NCBI GenBank assembly: GCA_965116215.1
Contig: OZ220494.1
Coordinates: 869,408-933,407 of the forward strand
DNA from: Bdellovibrionales bacterium
GTDB taxonomy: Bacteria; Bdellovibrionota; Bdellovibrionia; Bdellovibrionales; JAKFYE01
Length of the DNA: 64,000 bases
Direction of reading: 5' to 3'
The position numbers were made by a program, and so were the translations under genes. Below, in pieces: positions 42,473 to 51,812 of this stretch. Each line of letters starts with the position of its first letter. Position 1 is the first letter of the stretch. Below the pieces are notes generated by a model that worked only from the letters and a program-made list of their open reading frames with translations, searched no databases and was not told the DNA's origin.

Positions 42473-42701
42473 CTCTCCTCATATCATATCTCCAATATCA
42501 ATCGATAATGAGTATTATAAATAAAACTGTGAAATTGCCCTACTCTGATATTTAACTCAATCACGAATGTTATTCATTTAAAATAAAAAATCTACTCTGA
42601 TTTTTAAATTTTCAAAAACAATCCCTCTTTATTTTCTCATCTATTTTCCTTTCAGAATAAGCTAGAAAATCTAGAAGCAAGAAATCTAAAAATCTTTTAT
42701 T

Positions 42702-43706
42702 CTAAGACACTTTCTTCGCAGATGCCACAGAAGGAATTGAATCTGATAAAAGAAAAATAGGATATTCCTCTATCGACTTTTCACGAATAAAGCACCTATA
42801 ATATTGTTGCATATATAAAAATATATCTTCCTTATATTTTAAAATGGCTCTTAATAGAAAATTCACATAGGGCTGCCCCTTCTTACCTAAAATACGATAC
42901 TGTTTATTCACAATAGTAAAATCCTCTTCTTTTATCTCCTTTAAAGAGTGGGCTTTCTTAATTCGATCATCAATAATCGGTCTAAACGGCTCCACCAAAT
43001 CACAAACTAAAGATTTTCTTTGAAAAAAAGACTGATGATAAACACCCTTATAAACATCAAATCCATATAGACCCAATAGCCCCTCTATAAAATTAAATAA
43101 CATCGTATACCCCGTATCCTGCAAAGAATTAATAGGATCATGCTTAACTCGAGGCCTTCGAAAAACCCAATGACAATCTTGAAATAGAATTTTAAAATAT
43201 TCCCTTGATGCAATCCCTTCAAGACCTAAAATTTTATATAAATCCAAGGATTTTTCTTTCAAAGAATCATAAAAACCATAAAGCCGATCTATAGTTTCCT
43301 TTGTGCACTGATCTTTTCTTCTGATTTTTTTTAAAAGAAAAATTTGATTTTCAATTTTATTTCTTACTAAATGGGAAGCGATAGCAAGGGATTGATAATT
43401 GTACTGCTTTTCTCTTAATAAAAAGTTCCCCTCAGTTTTAGACCCCCAAATACCATAAACCCGTAAAGTCGGACTCATAAAGACAATAGAAAATCCAAAC
43501 TTTTTAGAACGCTGAAGAAGCCCTGACGTCAATGTCACATGACCAACAATATACATGGCAAAAAGTCGATAACAACTGGATTGATAAATAATTTTCTTGT
43601 CAGCATCTCGAACAACAATATTATCATTCTTAAAACTAAAAGTGTGTCCTTGACTTGGAAAAGCAAAGACAATTTGTTTTTCTCTAAAATCAGGAAGGCT
43701 TAACAT
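42702..43706 (-). CDS. cas1: Type V CRISPR-associated integrase Cas1
   Basis: MLSLPDFREKQI, EGNFLLR, LGLEG, GVYH, SLVCDLVEPFR. Confidence 0.97.
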   Translation of the reverse strand: MLSLPDFREKQIVFAFPSQGHTFSFKNDNIVVRDADKKIIYQSSCYRLFAMYIVGHVTLTSGLLQRSKKFGFSIVFMSPTLRVYGIWGSKTEGNFLLREKQYNYQSLAIASHLVRNKIENQIFLLKKIRRKDQCTKETIDRLYGFYDSLKEKSLDLYKILGLEGIASREYFKILFQDCHWVFRRPRVKHDPINSLQDTGYTMLFNFIEGLLGLYGFDVYKGVYHQSFFQRKSLVCDLVEPFRPIIDDRIKKAHSLKEIKEEDFTIVNKQYRILGKKGQPYVNFLLRAILKYKEDIFLYMQQYYRCFIREKSIEEYPIFLLSDSIPSVASAKKVS

Positions 43707-44263
43707 GCATCTGCTCTTTCATCACAGAGATTGGAGTATATACATCGAGCACATTTTTGAGGATTGGCTTGAAATGACTGTTTTAAACTATAGGACTGTA
43801 GACTATGAACTACGCTTTCAAAAGCCTCCTGCATGGACGGATCTTCTTCTGGAAGTAAAATAGGATAACTCTTATTTGTATCCATGCTATACACAACCAA
43901 TTTATTCACTTTATAGCCCATCTCCCGCAAAGAGTGGCATTGAGCGTAGAGTTGAAAAACATAACCATCATATATTTTCTGAACACGCTTTTTTCTCTCC
44001 CTTAGAGTTCCAGTGTTTTTATCAAAAGTATCAATCTTGCCATGTAACTTATATTTGGAAGAGTAAACAGGCAATCCCTGCAAAATATTCTGTCGTGTGC
44101 TATATTTTCTGGAGTCAATGGCCCCATGGGCCTGTAGGCCCTTAATCTGATCTTCACCTTGATAATTCATCTTCTCATAAGATCCATAGAGTTGATGAAA
44201 ATAAATAGATCTGGGACAAAAAATAAAATCATTTAAAAAAGAGATGGGAATATAAAACTCCAT
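43700..44263 (-). CDS. cas4: Type V CRISPR-associated Cas4
   Basis: ISFLNDFIFCPRSIYFH, GKID, ERK, QLYAQ, CARCIYSNLC Fe-S cysteines. Confidence 0.97.
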   Translation of the reverse strand: MEFYIPISFLNDFIFCPRSIYFHQLYGSYEKMNYQGEDQIKGLQAHGAIDSRKYSTRQNILQGLPVYSSKYKLHGKIDTFDKNTGTLRERKKRVQKIYDGYVFQLYAQCHSLREMGYKVNKLVVYSMDTNKSYPILLPEEDPSMQEAFESVVHSLQSYSLKQSFQANPQKCARCIYSNLCDERADAC

Positions 44264-44579
44264 TAGTATTTTTATTTTCTCTCATAAAGTTTATAAAAAG
44301 AATCTTTAAAAATTATAAAATGCCAGTAGATTGAAAAGTGTTTTCTATTAGATGAATTCAATAAATCTTCCAATCTTATTTCTTATTTAAGTAAATATAT
44401 TCTAAAAAACAAGACAACAAAAAAGGAAATAAATACTTTTCATTCAAAATTGCCTTTTTAAAAATAAAGCCTCACTCAGAGAGTCCAGCTCTTTTAGATC
44501 AAACACGATCTAAGTATGTAAATATATTTTTCAAGCCACTAGCACTCACTTATACTGGCAACCAGAGCAAACACATCTT

Positions 44580-47500
44580 TTAACTTGCCCTATCTGGTTT
44601 GGAATAATGAGTTCCGTTGACCCTCTTTTTTAAAGATTGATACCATTTCCTATTACTTAAATCGATTTTCCCTTCCCCGTGTCTTATCTGATCAACCATT
44701 AGCAAACCTTTTAAGGCAATATGATAGGCTCCATTGGCATCAGCATCTTGAGGCCCATTGTTATGTCCTATCGGAGCAACAAATTTTCCATCCTTATCTT
44801 TCTGATTATTAAAAAAATGACCGTTTTTATTTTTTACAGGTGAGATAATCCAATCCTCTTTGGAGTTGATTCGACTATTGCGCATTTGTAAAGTCAATTT
44901 CAATAACTTCATCAACTGCTCAAAAAAGTCTGCATTCTCCTGCTGTACTATTTCTTCCTTTATATTTTTCCCCTCTGGATAAGAAATAGAGTGTTGATTA
45001 AAGAGTTCTTTCATCTCTTTTGTAAGATTCACAGGATCACTTTTCCATTTATTATTCTCCTTTCTATTCTCTAAACGATCTCCATGAGTACAAACGACCC
45101 ACTCTTGTTGAAGTCCATCAGCTTTATTTGTAAAATTTTTATAGTTAAAACAAAATTCAAAATGCCCTTCCTTGTTATTAAATGCTATTCGATCAAATTT
45201 CTCAAAAAACTCTTGAGATTTTGGAAGGCTTTCATGCTTAGGGCGCAAAAGATCTATAAAACCCGTTGCCGGACAAACCTTAGAGGTGTAAGCAGCGTAG
45301 ACATAAAATAAAAAGCCTGTTTGCTTTCCTATCTTCTGAAAGCTCTCAAAAGGAGCTGTTAATTGTAGAGCCTTTAAAGCACCTCCCAACTCTTGTGGAT
45401 CGCACTCTTTGAACATAAGATAGTTCAGCTTATCAATAAGTCTTTTTTCTAATTTCTGATAAACTTGCTTCTCAACTTTCAAACGACCCCTCTTAAAACC
45501 AGAGTTTAAGTCTTCTAATACAACTATAGCATTATGTTGGACCATAAGCTGTGTTATCTTATGTACAACCTGTGACATATATCCTTCTTTGAGATCCTTA
45601 ATCTTCCCAATTGTTCCCCATGATTTTCTGGCACCATCTCTTTCCTTTTCCCTTTTATCAAGAAGATCATGGTAATCTTTTTTTCCCATGGGATTATTCA
45701 AACTACCTTGATCTAAAATCTCACCTTTCTGATTAATCACTGTATAATACGCCAAATGCCTTTCCCCTCGATCAATTCCAATAATATTCATATCCTTTGG
45801 AGGATGATTCAAAAGATTTTCTACATCTTTATTGATATTGATATCTTTATTGCTTGCCTTAAAATTACAATTAACAGATAAGTGAAGTAGGAACCTATCC
45901 TCTGTGTACCTTTTGTCTTTTATTATTTCATAGTTAAACCTATTCACCTTGGCTTTATCTTTGAATGTCAATAATTTATTTTCTTCTAATTTCAAAGAAT
46001 GCTGACTTAACCCTCGGTCTTTATTTTTATAAAACTTAGTCAGTTCTTTATGTTCCTCAGGAGAAAGTGTATGAGAATGTTCTTCTCCTGTTCGACTATC
46101 TACAGACTTATACGTCCTGCAAACAAGAGGTTCATTCTTTTTATGTATAGTATTATTTTTAATATCCGATTTTTTTCTAAAAAAGACTTCGCCACTCCCT
46201 AAATCAAAAACTCGATCTGGGTTATTATCTGCCAACAAATGTTTAAAGTACAGAGTATGAAGGTTATCTCTGCCTTTCTTTTGACGAAGACCTTTGTTTT
46301 TCTTTTCATAAAAATCTAAATCTTTATTAGAAATTTTAAATAAATATAAGTAATCTTTCTTTTCATCGCTTTGAGCTTCATCTAGCTCCCTTTTAGAAAC
46401 TGGAAAGAAATTAAATACTCGCTCTGATTTATCTTTTTTATCTAGAAATTCGATCATATTTAAAAAATCTTTATATCCAGAATATTTTTTACTTACTATA
46501 TCCTGTAGACAAGGATATTTTTCAAGATATCCATTCTTAAGATGGTCCTGAATATCCCTCACAGTCTGTGAAAGAATCTTATCTAAATCTGAATCTTGTA
46601 AAATCCATTTCATTTCTGGGTATTTTTCAATTTTTTTTATTATACTTGATGGTGTATTTTTCTCCAACGATGAAGAAGAAATAAGTGACTTAAGATCCTT
46701 TGATTCTTCTAAAGTATGTATTCCTCCCTCCTTTGAGAACTGAGAAACCTTTACTTTTAAAAAAGCAAGGATTTCTTTTTTATTATTTGGATACTTGCCC
46801 TGAAGAAAATGTCCTTTAGGTTGACAATACTCCAATCTTTCATATTCACTTTGATCCCCTTCCTTAATCTTATCTTTATTATGACATCTAAATAGTTTAG
46901 AATCTCTGCTTATACCCAAAAAATAATCATATTCATTATAACCCTCTATTTTTTTTCTAAAAATGTATCCGCCATTTTGAGTTCCATTATCAGATTTTTC
47001 TGTATATGAATCTGCAAAACCTTTAAGCAATGTTGAATGTTCAAAATTGAGCTTGTACTTCTCTACACTATAGGGCTTCTTTGTCAGATAATTCCGAGCT
47101 TGATTATAAAGAGGAATAATGAGACTAATACTTTCATACAACTTTTCAAACTCACTGTAAAACCCACCATCTGTTTCATAAACCTCAGCATTTTGTTTTT
47201 TATCTTTAGGCTTAAGTTGAAAATGAAAAGGTTTTAAAAAATGATAGAGTGCTATTACAGAATCTAAGTAATCCTTAATCTTAGAGATCTCATCATCCTT
47301 GTTCTTTAATTTTTCTTCTGCAATATCCTTATGCTCTTCAAAGATAGGATGAGCCTTCTTATAAGACTCCTTGATCCAATCTAAAATTTTTACTGGCTCA
47401 GAAGAAGTTCCGTCTTTACGTGTTCTGCTCGCCATTGGCTCTTTAAAATAGTCTAAAAGAGGTTGACTAAGAGCTCTCTGTTTTTTCTCTTTTAACGACA

Positions 47501-49484
47501 GTTGATAAGACTCTTTATCCTCTGATGCATTATGGGAACTCCTCCCTTTTTCAATAGAGACAACATTGCCCCTATTATTGTCTGCACGCTCCTTATTTTT
47601 ATAATCTTCATCTGAATAATAGTGAGTATAGTAATACTCCAAAGCCTTATGAATATCCGAAAGAGAATGATAAGATTTGTTAACCCACTTTTTTCTCTTG
47701 TCTTTTAATTTTTTTGTGGCCCCTTTTCCCTCAGGTGTAGGGAATAATTTTTGTTCAGCATAATATTCTAAACACTCTTTAATATCCCCCCACTGACGAA
47801 ATAGGCTTTGAGAAATCTGCGTCAAAGAGCTGTCATTTTTAATCCAGACCTTTGTTAAATCAGACTCTTCAAGGGATTCTGAAAGCTCTGAAATCTTTTC
47901 AGTCAGATGGATCACCCTCTCATTCGTTTCACTCTCTTCCCCTTGTTGTTTTTCCTCATTTTGAACTTGAGTCAAATAAACAGATCCATTTTTATCACTG
48001 ATATGAAACAGAGATGTTATTTGCTCGCATAAGTCAGCATCACTTTTTATAGCCTCAAAACGAAAAGAATTTGAATCCCTATCACTCAGAATTTGTTTAT
48101 AGAGTTCTACTAATTGGCACCCTTTAAGATCTTTTGCTATTCCCTTCTTTTGTTTAGCCTCATCCCCTTTACCTTCCTTCTGTAATCTCTTCACTTCTGA
48201 CTGAAACTGTTGCCTATAGAGATTGATCTCTTCATTAACCCCTTGTTGCTTCTCATTACCCTCTTTGCTCTGTCCCCCCAGAATCTGATTATACCAATCA
48301 ATACCCTTTTGAGTGAGACACTTATTAAAAGTTTTAAGACTAAAAAAATCATCTAGCTTTACATCAAATGTCTTTTCCACTTCAGAAAGCTCTTTTTGAA
48401 ATTCCCTCACCTTATCTACATCTGCCTTATGAGGACTCTGAGAAAGTTCTGATTGTATTTTCTTAAGTTTTTCATAACGATCCATATTGTCCAAAAAACG
48501 ATCTAGGTTCTCATGCACAATACGAAAAGCGATAGCCGTTGACTTTTCTTCATGAGTATAAATATTTTCACGGTTCTTGTGAAATCCCCCAAAATAAGCC
48601 GTCCACTTCTCGAAAGATTCTATAATTTTTTGAGGACCCTTATCAGGTGATTTCCCATCCACTTTCCACTCTGGCTTTTTAAATTCTTCTTTAAGACGAC
48701 TCTCTACTTCAGGTTTTTCTTTTAACCATTTGAGCAATAGCTCTTTAATTAATTCTTTCTTAAAAAGTTTTTTATCCTCAAGGCAAGATGCAATCTTTTT
48801 TCTTAATTCGCCTTCGTGTTTTTCCTTTTGAGCCAAAACATTTGAATTTTTTTTATTCTCCCTGCTATTTGACCTCAACTGATCGTGTCGTTTTTTGTAC
48901 TCCTCTAAATCTTCTATCTTAAAATTAAAATCCTTAAGCCTATTATCAATATGCCACTTATGATACTCATCAATAATTCTCTTGGCCTGTTTATACTTAG
49001 AAGCCTTGTCTCCATCTTCGCTTAATAACCCCTTCTCTTTAATATGACGCTTGGTCTTACCAACTGGTTTAAGACGAAAGCGCAGAGTCTTTGACAAAGA
49101 GTACTTATTGACAAATTCAGAAAATATCGACTTGGATAATATATCGGATATGGAAGTCCTATCTGAATCTCTAGAAACAAACCGAAGGCGAGGAGCCTCT
49201 TCCCTATAATCACTTTGTCTCTGTCTTTCAGCTCCAGCCCTTTCCCCTCCTAGTGAGTTGATTGACCGACCATGGACATGTTGTGAGTTCGTTTTTTTTG
49301 TTGCCCCTCCAATCTCTGTATCTGAATGACAACTCTCACCAACAACCTTGGGCAAAGTCTCATTCGCTTGTTGTAATGCCCCCACATTCTTCATCCCTTT
49401 ATGATAAGACGCCCTTTCATTTCCTCTTTCTGATAACTGTTCCCCTTGTACCTTTATAGCTTTACTCTTCTTAACTGAACCCAA
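44580..49484 (-). CDS. cas12a: Cas12a (Cpf1) effector, oversized (1634 aa)
   Basis: FVNKYSLSKTLRF, YNQARNYLTKKPYS, RuvC-I IGIDRGE, RuvC-II VLEDLN, LQMRNS, RuvC-III DADANGAYHIALKG; TTG start behind AAAGGGGGA. Confidence 0.98.
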   Translation of the reverse strand: MGSVKKSKAIKVQGEQLSERGNERASYHKGMKNVGALQQANETLPKVVGESCHSDTEIGGATKKTNSQHVHGRSINSLGGERAGAERQRQSDYREEAPRLRFVSRDSDRTSISDILSKSIFSEFVNKYSLSKTLRFRLKPVGKTKRHIKEKGLLSEDGDKASKYKQAKRIIDEYHKWHIDNRLKDFNFKIEDLEEYKKRHDQLRSNSRENKKNSNVLAQKEKHEGELRKKIASCLEDKKLFKKELIKELLLKWLKEKPEVESRLKEEFKKPEWKVDGKSPDKGPQKIIESFEKWTAYFGGFHKNRENIYTHEEKSTAIAFRIVHENLDRFLDNMDRYEKLKKIQSELSQSPHKADVDKVREFQKELSEVEKTFDVKLDDFFSLKTFNKCLTQKGIDWYNQILGGQSKEGNEKQQGVNEEINLYRQQFQSEVKRLQKEGKGDEAKQKKGIAKDLKGCQLVELYKQILSDRDSNSFRFEAIKSDADLCEQITSLFHISDKNGSVYLTQVQNEEKQQGEESETNERVIHLTEKISELSESLEESDLTKVWIKNDSSLTQISQSLFRQWGDIKECLEYYAEQKLFPTPEGKGATKKLKDKRKKWVNKSYHSLSDIHKALEYYYTHYYSDEDYKNKERADNNRGNVVSIEKGRSSHNASEDKESYQLSLKEKKQRALSQPLLDYFKEPMASRTRKDGTSSEPVKILDWIKESYKKAHPIFEEHKDIAEEKLKNKDDEISKIKDYLDSVIALYHFLKPFHFQLKPKDKKQNAEVYETDGGFYSEFEKLYESISLIIPLYNQARNYLTKKPYSVEKYKLNFEHSTLLKGFADSYTEKSDNGTQNGGYIFRKKIEGYNEYDYFLGISRDSKLFRCHNKDKIKEGDQSEYERLEYCQPKGHFLQGKYPNNKKEILAFLKVKVSQFSKEGGIHTLEESKDLKSLISSSSLEKNTPSSIIKKIEKYPEMKWILQDSDLDKILSQTVRDIQDHLKNGYLEKYPCLQDIVSKKYSGYKDFLNMIEFLDKKDKSERVFNFFPVSKRELDEAQSDEKKDYLYLFKISNKDLDFYEKKNKGLRQKKGRDNLHTLYFKHLLADNNPDRVFDLGSGEVFFRKKSDIKNNTIHKKNEPLVCRTYKSVDSRTGEEHSHTLSPEEHKELTKFYKNKDRGLSQHSLKLEENKLLTFKDKAKVNRFNYEIIKDKRYTEDRFLLHLSVNCNFKASNKDININKDVENLLNHPPKDMNIIGIDRGERHLAYYTVINQKGEILDQGSLNNPMGKKDYHDLLDKREKERDGARKSWGTIGKIKDLKEGYMSQVVHKITQLMVQHNAIVVLEDLNSGFKRGRLKVEKQVYQKLEKRLIDKLNYLMFKECDPQELGGALKALQLTAPFESFQKIGKQTGFLFYVYAAYTSKVCPATGFIDLLRPKHESLPKSQEFFEKFDRIAFNNKEGHFEFCFNYKNFTNKADGLQQEWVVCTHGDRLENRKENNKWKSDPVNLTKEMKELFNQHSISYPEGKNIKEEIVQQENADFFEQLMKLLKLTLQMRNSRINSKEDWIISPVKNKNGHFFNNQKDKDGKFVAPIGHNNGPQDADANGAYHIALKGLLMVDQIRHGEGKIDLSNRKWYQSLKKRVNGTHYSKPDRAS

Positions 49485-50015
49485 AGTATGATCCCCCTTT
49501 TCTTTATTCTTATACAGAACTTCTCACTCAGCAGAAAAAAATAATTCTAGTGAGTTAATCCGCTCCGTTGATTTTTTAAATCCCTAAACCCTTCAGTTGA
49601 CTTGAATAGGAGTGAACCGAGTGTAATCAAACACGATTCATCCTCTACTTTTATTCCATTTTACTCGACTCGATCTGAGCTAAAGCTCAAGAAGAAAATG
49701 TAAAAGACCTTAAAAAAACCCTTATTTATCATTTGTGACTCCACTTTTTGTTCTTACTGCAAATCTTAAGGGTCACCCATGACATCTACTTTTCTACAAC
49801 ACTCAGTCTCAGATAAAACCTTAACTTCTACAATTTAAGAGTGAATGTCTTTATAGTCGTATAACTCTATCGTATTGACTATAAAGAGAACTCCAACACA
49901 TCCTTAACATGATCTTCAGTTCGAATTTTTTAATCATACTACAGATCAAAAACCAAAACAAAAAATACACATTCGGGAATATAAAAATGAATCCTTTTGA
50001 GACATTCTATCTACT

Positions 50016-50090
50016 AAAGACAAAGACAAAGACAAAGACAAAGACAAAGACAAAGACAAAGACAAAGACAAAGACAAAGACAAAGACAAA
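50016..50090. repeat. Perfect hexanucleotide microsatellite (AAAGAC)12 + AAA
   Basis: Directly visible tandem array. Confidence 0.98.
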
Positions 50091-50440
50091 TCCTATTGTG
50101 AGGGCAGTGAGATATGGAATCCATATAAAGTTTCAATCTATAAATAACAAAACCATCTCTCACTATAAAGATAACAGGGAATCACTAAGGTTTGATTTTA
50201 ATTTCTATTGAAAATAGACTCATCAGGAATGACAATTAACAACTCTTCAGCCTCAGAGGGTGCTTTTTTTAATCCTCTTATTTTATCTACATGGCCTTAA
50301 TGAGATCATTAAAAACTATCTGAATTTTCTAACATCCAAGAAATAAGTCAGTACCTTATTCGGACAAAGTTCGGACAAATAATTTCTCAATATCATTCTT
50401 TTCATTTTTAAAAAGGTTTTATTTATCCTCAATAAAAGTC

Positions 50441-50469
50441 TTGAGTTTTTAAAATTGAGAAGATATAAA
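50441..50469 (+). promoter_or_regulatory. sigma70-like promoter for the nuclease triplet
   Basis: TTGAGT-N17-TATAAA, followed by a GAGGA RBS. Confidence 0.5.
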
Positions 50470-50506
50470 AAATAACCTATTATTTAAGTTAAGAGGAAGA
50501 AAATTT

Positions 50507-51142
50507 ATGTCCACTCAAAGTAAAAGATCAACTGCTGAAGAATTCTGGAAAGGCATGGCTGAACTCAAAGAACAAATGAAAGAGCAAATGAAAGACACTG
50601 ATCGACGAATGAAAGACACTGATCGGCAATTAAAGAAAACCAACCTCTGGCTCAAAGAACAAAAGAAAGAAACAGATCGGCACATTCAATATACCAATCG
50701 GCGTATTCAATATCTAGATGAGCTTTTTACCGGACAGTGGGGGAAACTTATGGAATCACTTGTTAAAGGAGATCTTGTCCGTTTGCTGAATGAAAAAAAC
50801 ATTCAAGTCTCAACACTGGCTCAAGAAACATCCACTGTCTTTGAAGAGAAAAACTACGAATTTGATATTATTGCCACAAATGGAGGAGAGGTTGTTGTGG
50901 TGGAAGTGAAAACCACTCTGCGCATGAAGGACGTAGACCATTTTATAAATAAACTCACGCTCTTTAAGAAAATCTTTTCTCACTATGCGAATAAGAAAAT
51001 CTACGGAGCCATAGCCTATCTAAAAGCCAATGAGGGAACAGGCAGCTACTCTGAAAAACAGGGGCTATTTGTCATAAGAGCCACAGGAAACAGTGCGAGT
51101 ATAATCAATAAAAAAGCCTTTAAACCAAAAATATTTGCCTAA
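50507..51142 (+). CDS. Coiled-coil + PD-(D/E)XK nuclease-fold protein (DUF3782-like), copy 1
   Basis: KDTDRRM-type heptads; WGKLMESLV, EFDIIA, VEVK, GLFVIRATG. Confidence 0.85.
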   Translation: MSTQSKRSTAEEFWKGMAELKEQMKEQMKDTDRRMKDTDRQLKKTNLWLKEQKKETDRHIQYTNRRIQYLDELFTGQWGKLMESLVKGDLVRLLNEKNIQVSTLAQETSTVFEEKNYEFDIIATNGGEVVVVEVKTTLRMKDVDHFINKLTLFKKIFSHYANKKIYGAIAYLKANEGTGSYSEKQGLFVIRATGNSASIINKKAFKPKIFA

Positions 51143-51162
51143 AACTTATAAGGAAAAAACTT

Positions 51163-51786
51163 ATGTCGTCTAAAAATAAAACATCAACTGCCGAAGAATT
51201 CTGGAAAGGTATGGCTGAACTGAAAGAACAAATGAAAGACACCGATCAACGAATGAAAGAAACAGATCGGCAATTAAAGGAAACCAACCTCTGGCTGAAA
51301 GAACAAAAAAAAGAAACTGATCGACACATTCAATATACCAATCAACGTATTCAATATCTAGATGAGCTTTTTACCGGACAGTGGGGAAAACTTATGGAAT
51401 CACTTGTTAAAGGAGATCTTGTCCGTTTGCTGAATGAAAAAAACATTCAAGTCTCAACGCTGGCTCAAGAAACATCCACTGTCTTTGAAGAGAAAAACTA
51501 CGAATTTGATATTATTGCCACAAATGGAGGAGAGGTTGTTGTGGTGGAAGTGAAAACCACTCTGCGCATGAAGGACGTAGACCATTTTATAAATAAACTC
51601 ACGCTCTTTAAGAAAATCTTTTCTCACTATGCGAATAAGAAAATCTACGGAGCCATAGCCTATTTAAAAGCTAATGAGGGAACAGCCAGCTACTCTGAAA
51701 AACAAGGGCTATTTGTTATCAGAGCCACGGGAAACAGTGCAAGCATAATCAATAAAAAAACCTTTAAACCAAAAATATTTTCCTAA
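51163..51786 (+). CDS. Coiled-coil + PD-(D/E)XK nuclease-fold protein, copy 2
   Basis: Near-identical to copy 1, coil 4 aa shorter. Confidence 0.85.
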   Translation: MSSKNKTSTAEEFWKGMAELKEQMKDTDQRMKETDRQLKETNLWLKEQKKETDRHIQYTNQRIQYLDELFTGQWGKLMESLVKGDLVRLLNEKNIQVSTLAQETSTVFEEKNYEFDIIATNGGEVVVVEVKTTLRMKDVDHFINKLTLFKKIFSHYANKKIYGAIAYLKANEGTASYSEKQGLFVIRATGNSASIINKKTFKPKIFS

Positions 51787-51812
51787 AACTTATAAGCAAG
51801 GAAGAAAAATTT

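Noticed and set aside
42523-42544. Possible orphan CRISPR repeat AAAACTGTGAAATTGCCCTACT
   Set aside because: Needs gaps to align and cannot form the UCUAC/GUAGA stem
44414-44462. Repeat-like fragments between cas12a and cas4 as a tracrRNA or mini-array
   Set aside because: AT-rich partial matches only, no handle stem; Cas12a needs no tracrRNA
44580-49484. Cas12a2 or a nuclease-dead effector
   Set aside because: REC and Nuc motifs are Cas12a-type and all three RuvC acidic residues are present
49784-49836. TCTAC-containing snippets upstream of cas12a as a regulatory mini-repeat
   Set aside because: Longest match to the repeat is 9 nt, with no paired stem
49909-50211. 100-aa ORF with poly-TK
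   Set aside because: Openness is partly due to the stop-free microsatellite; no RBS or motif
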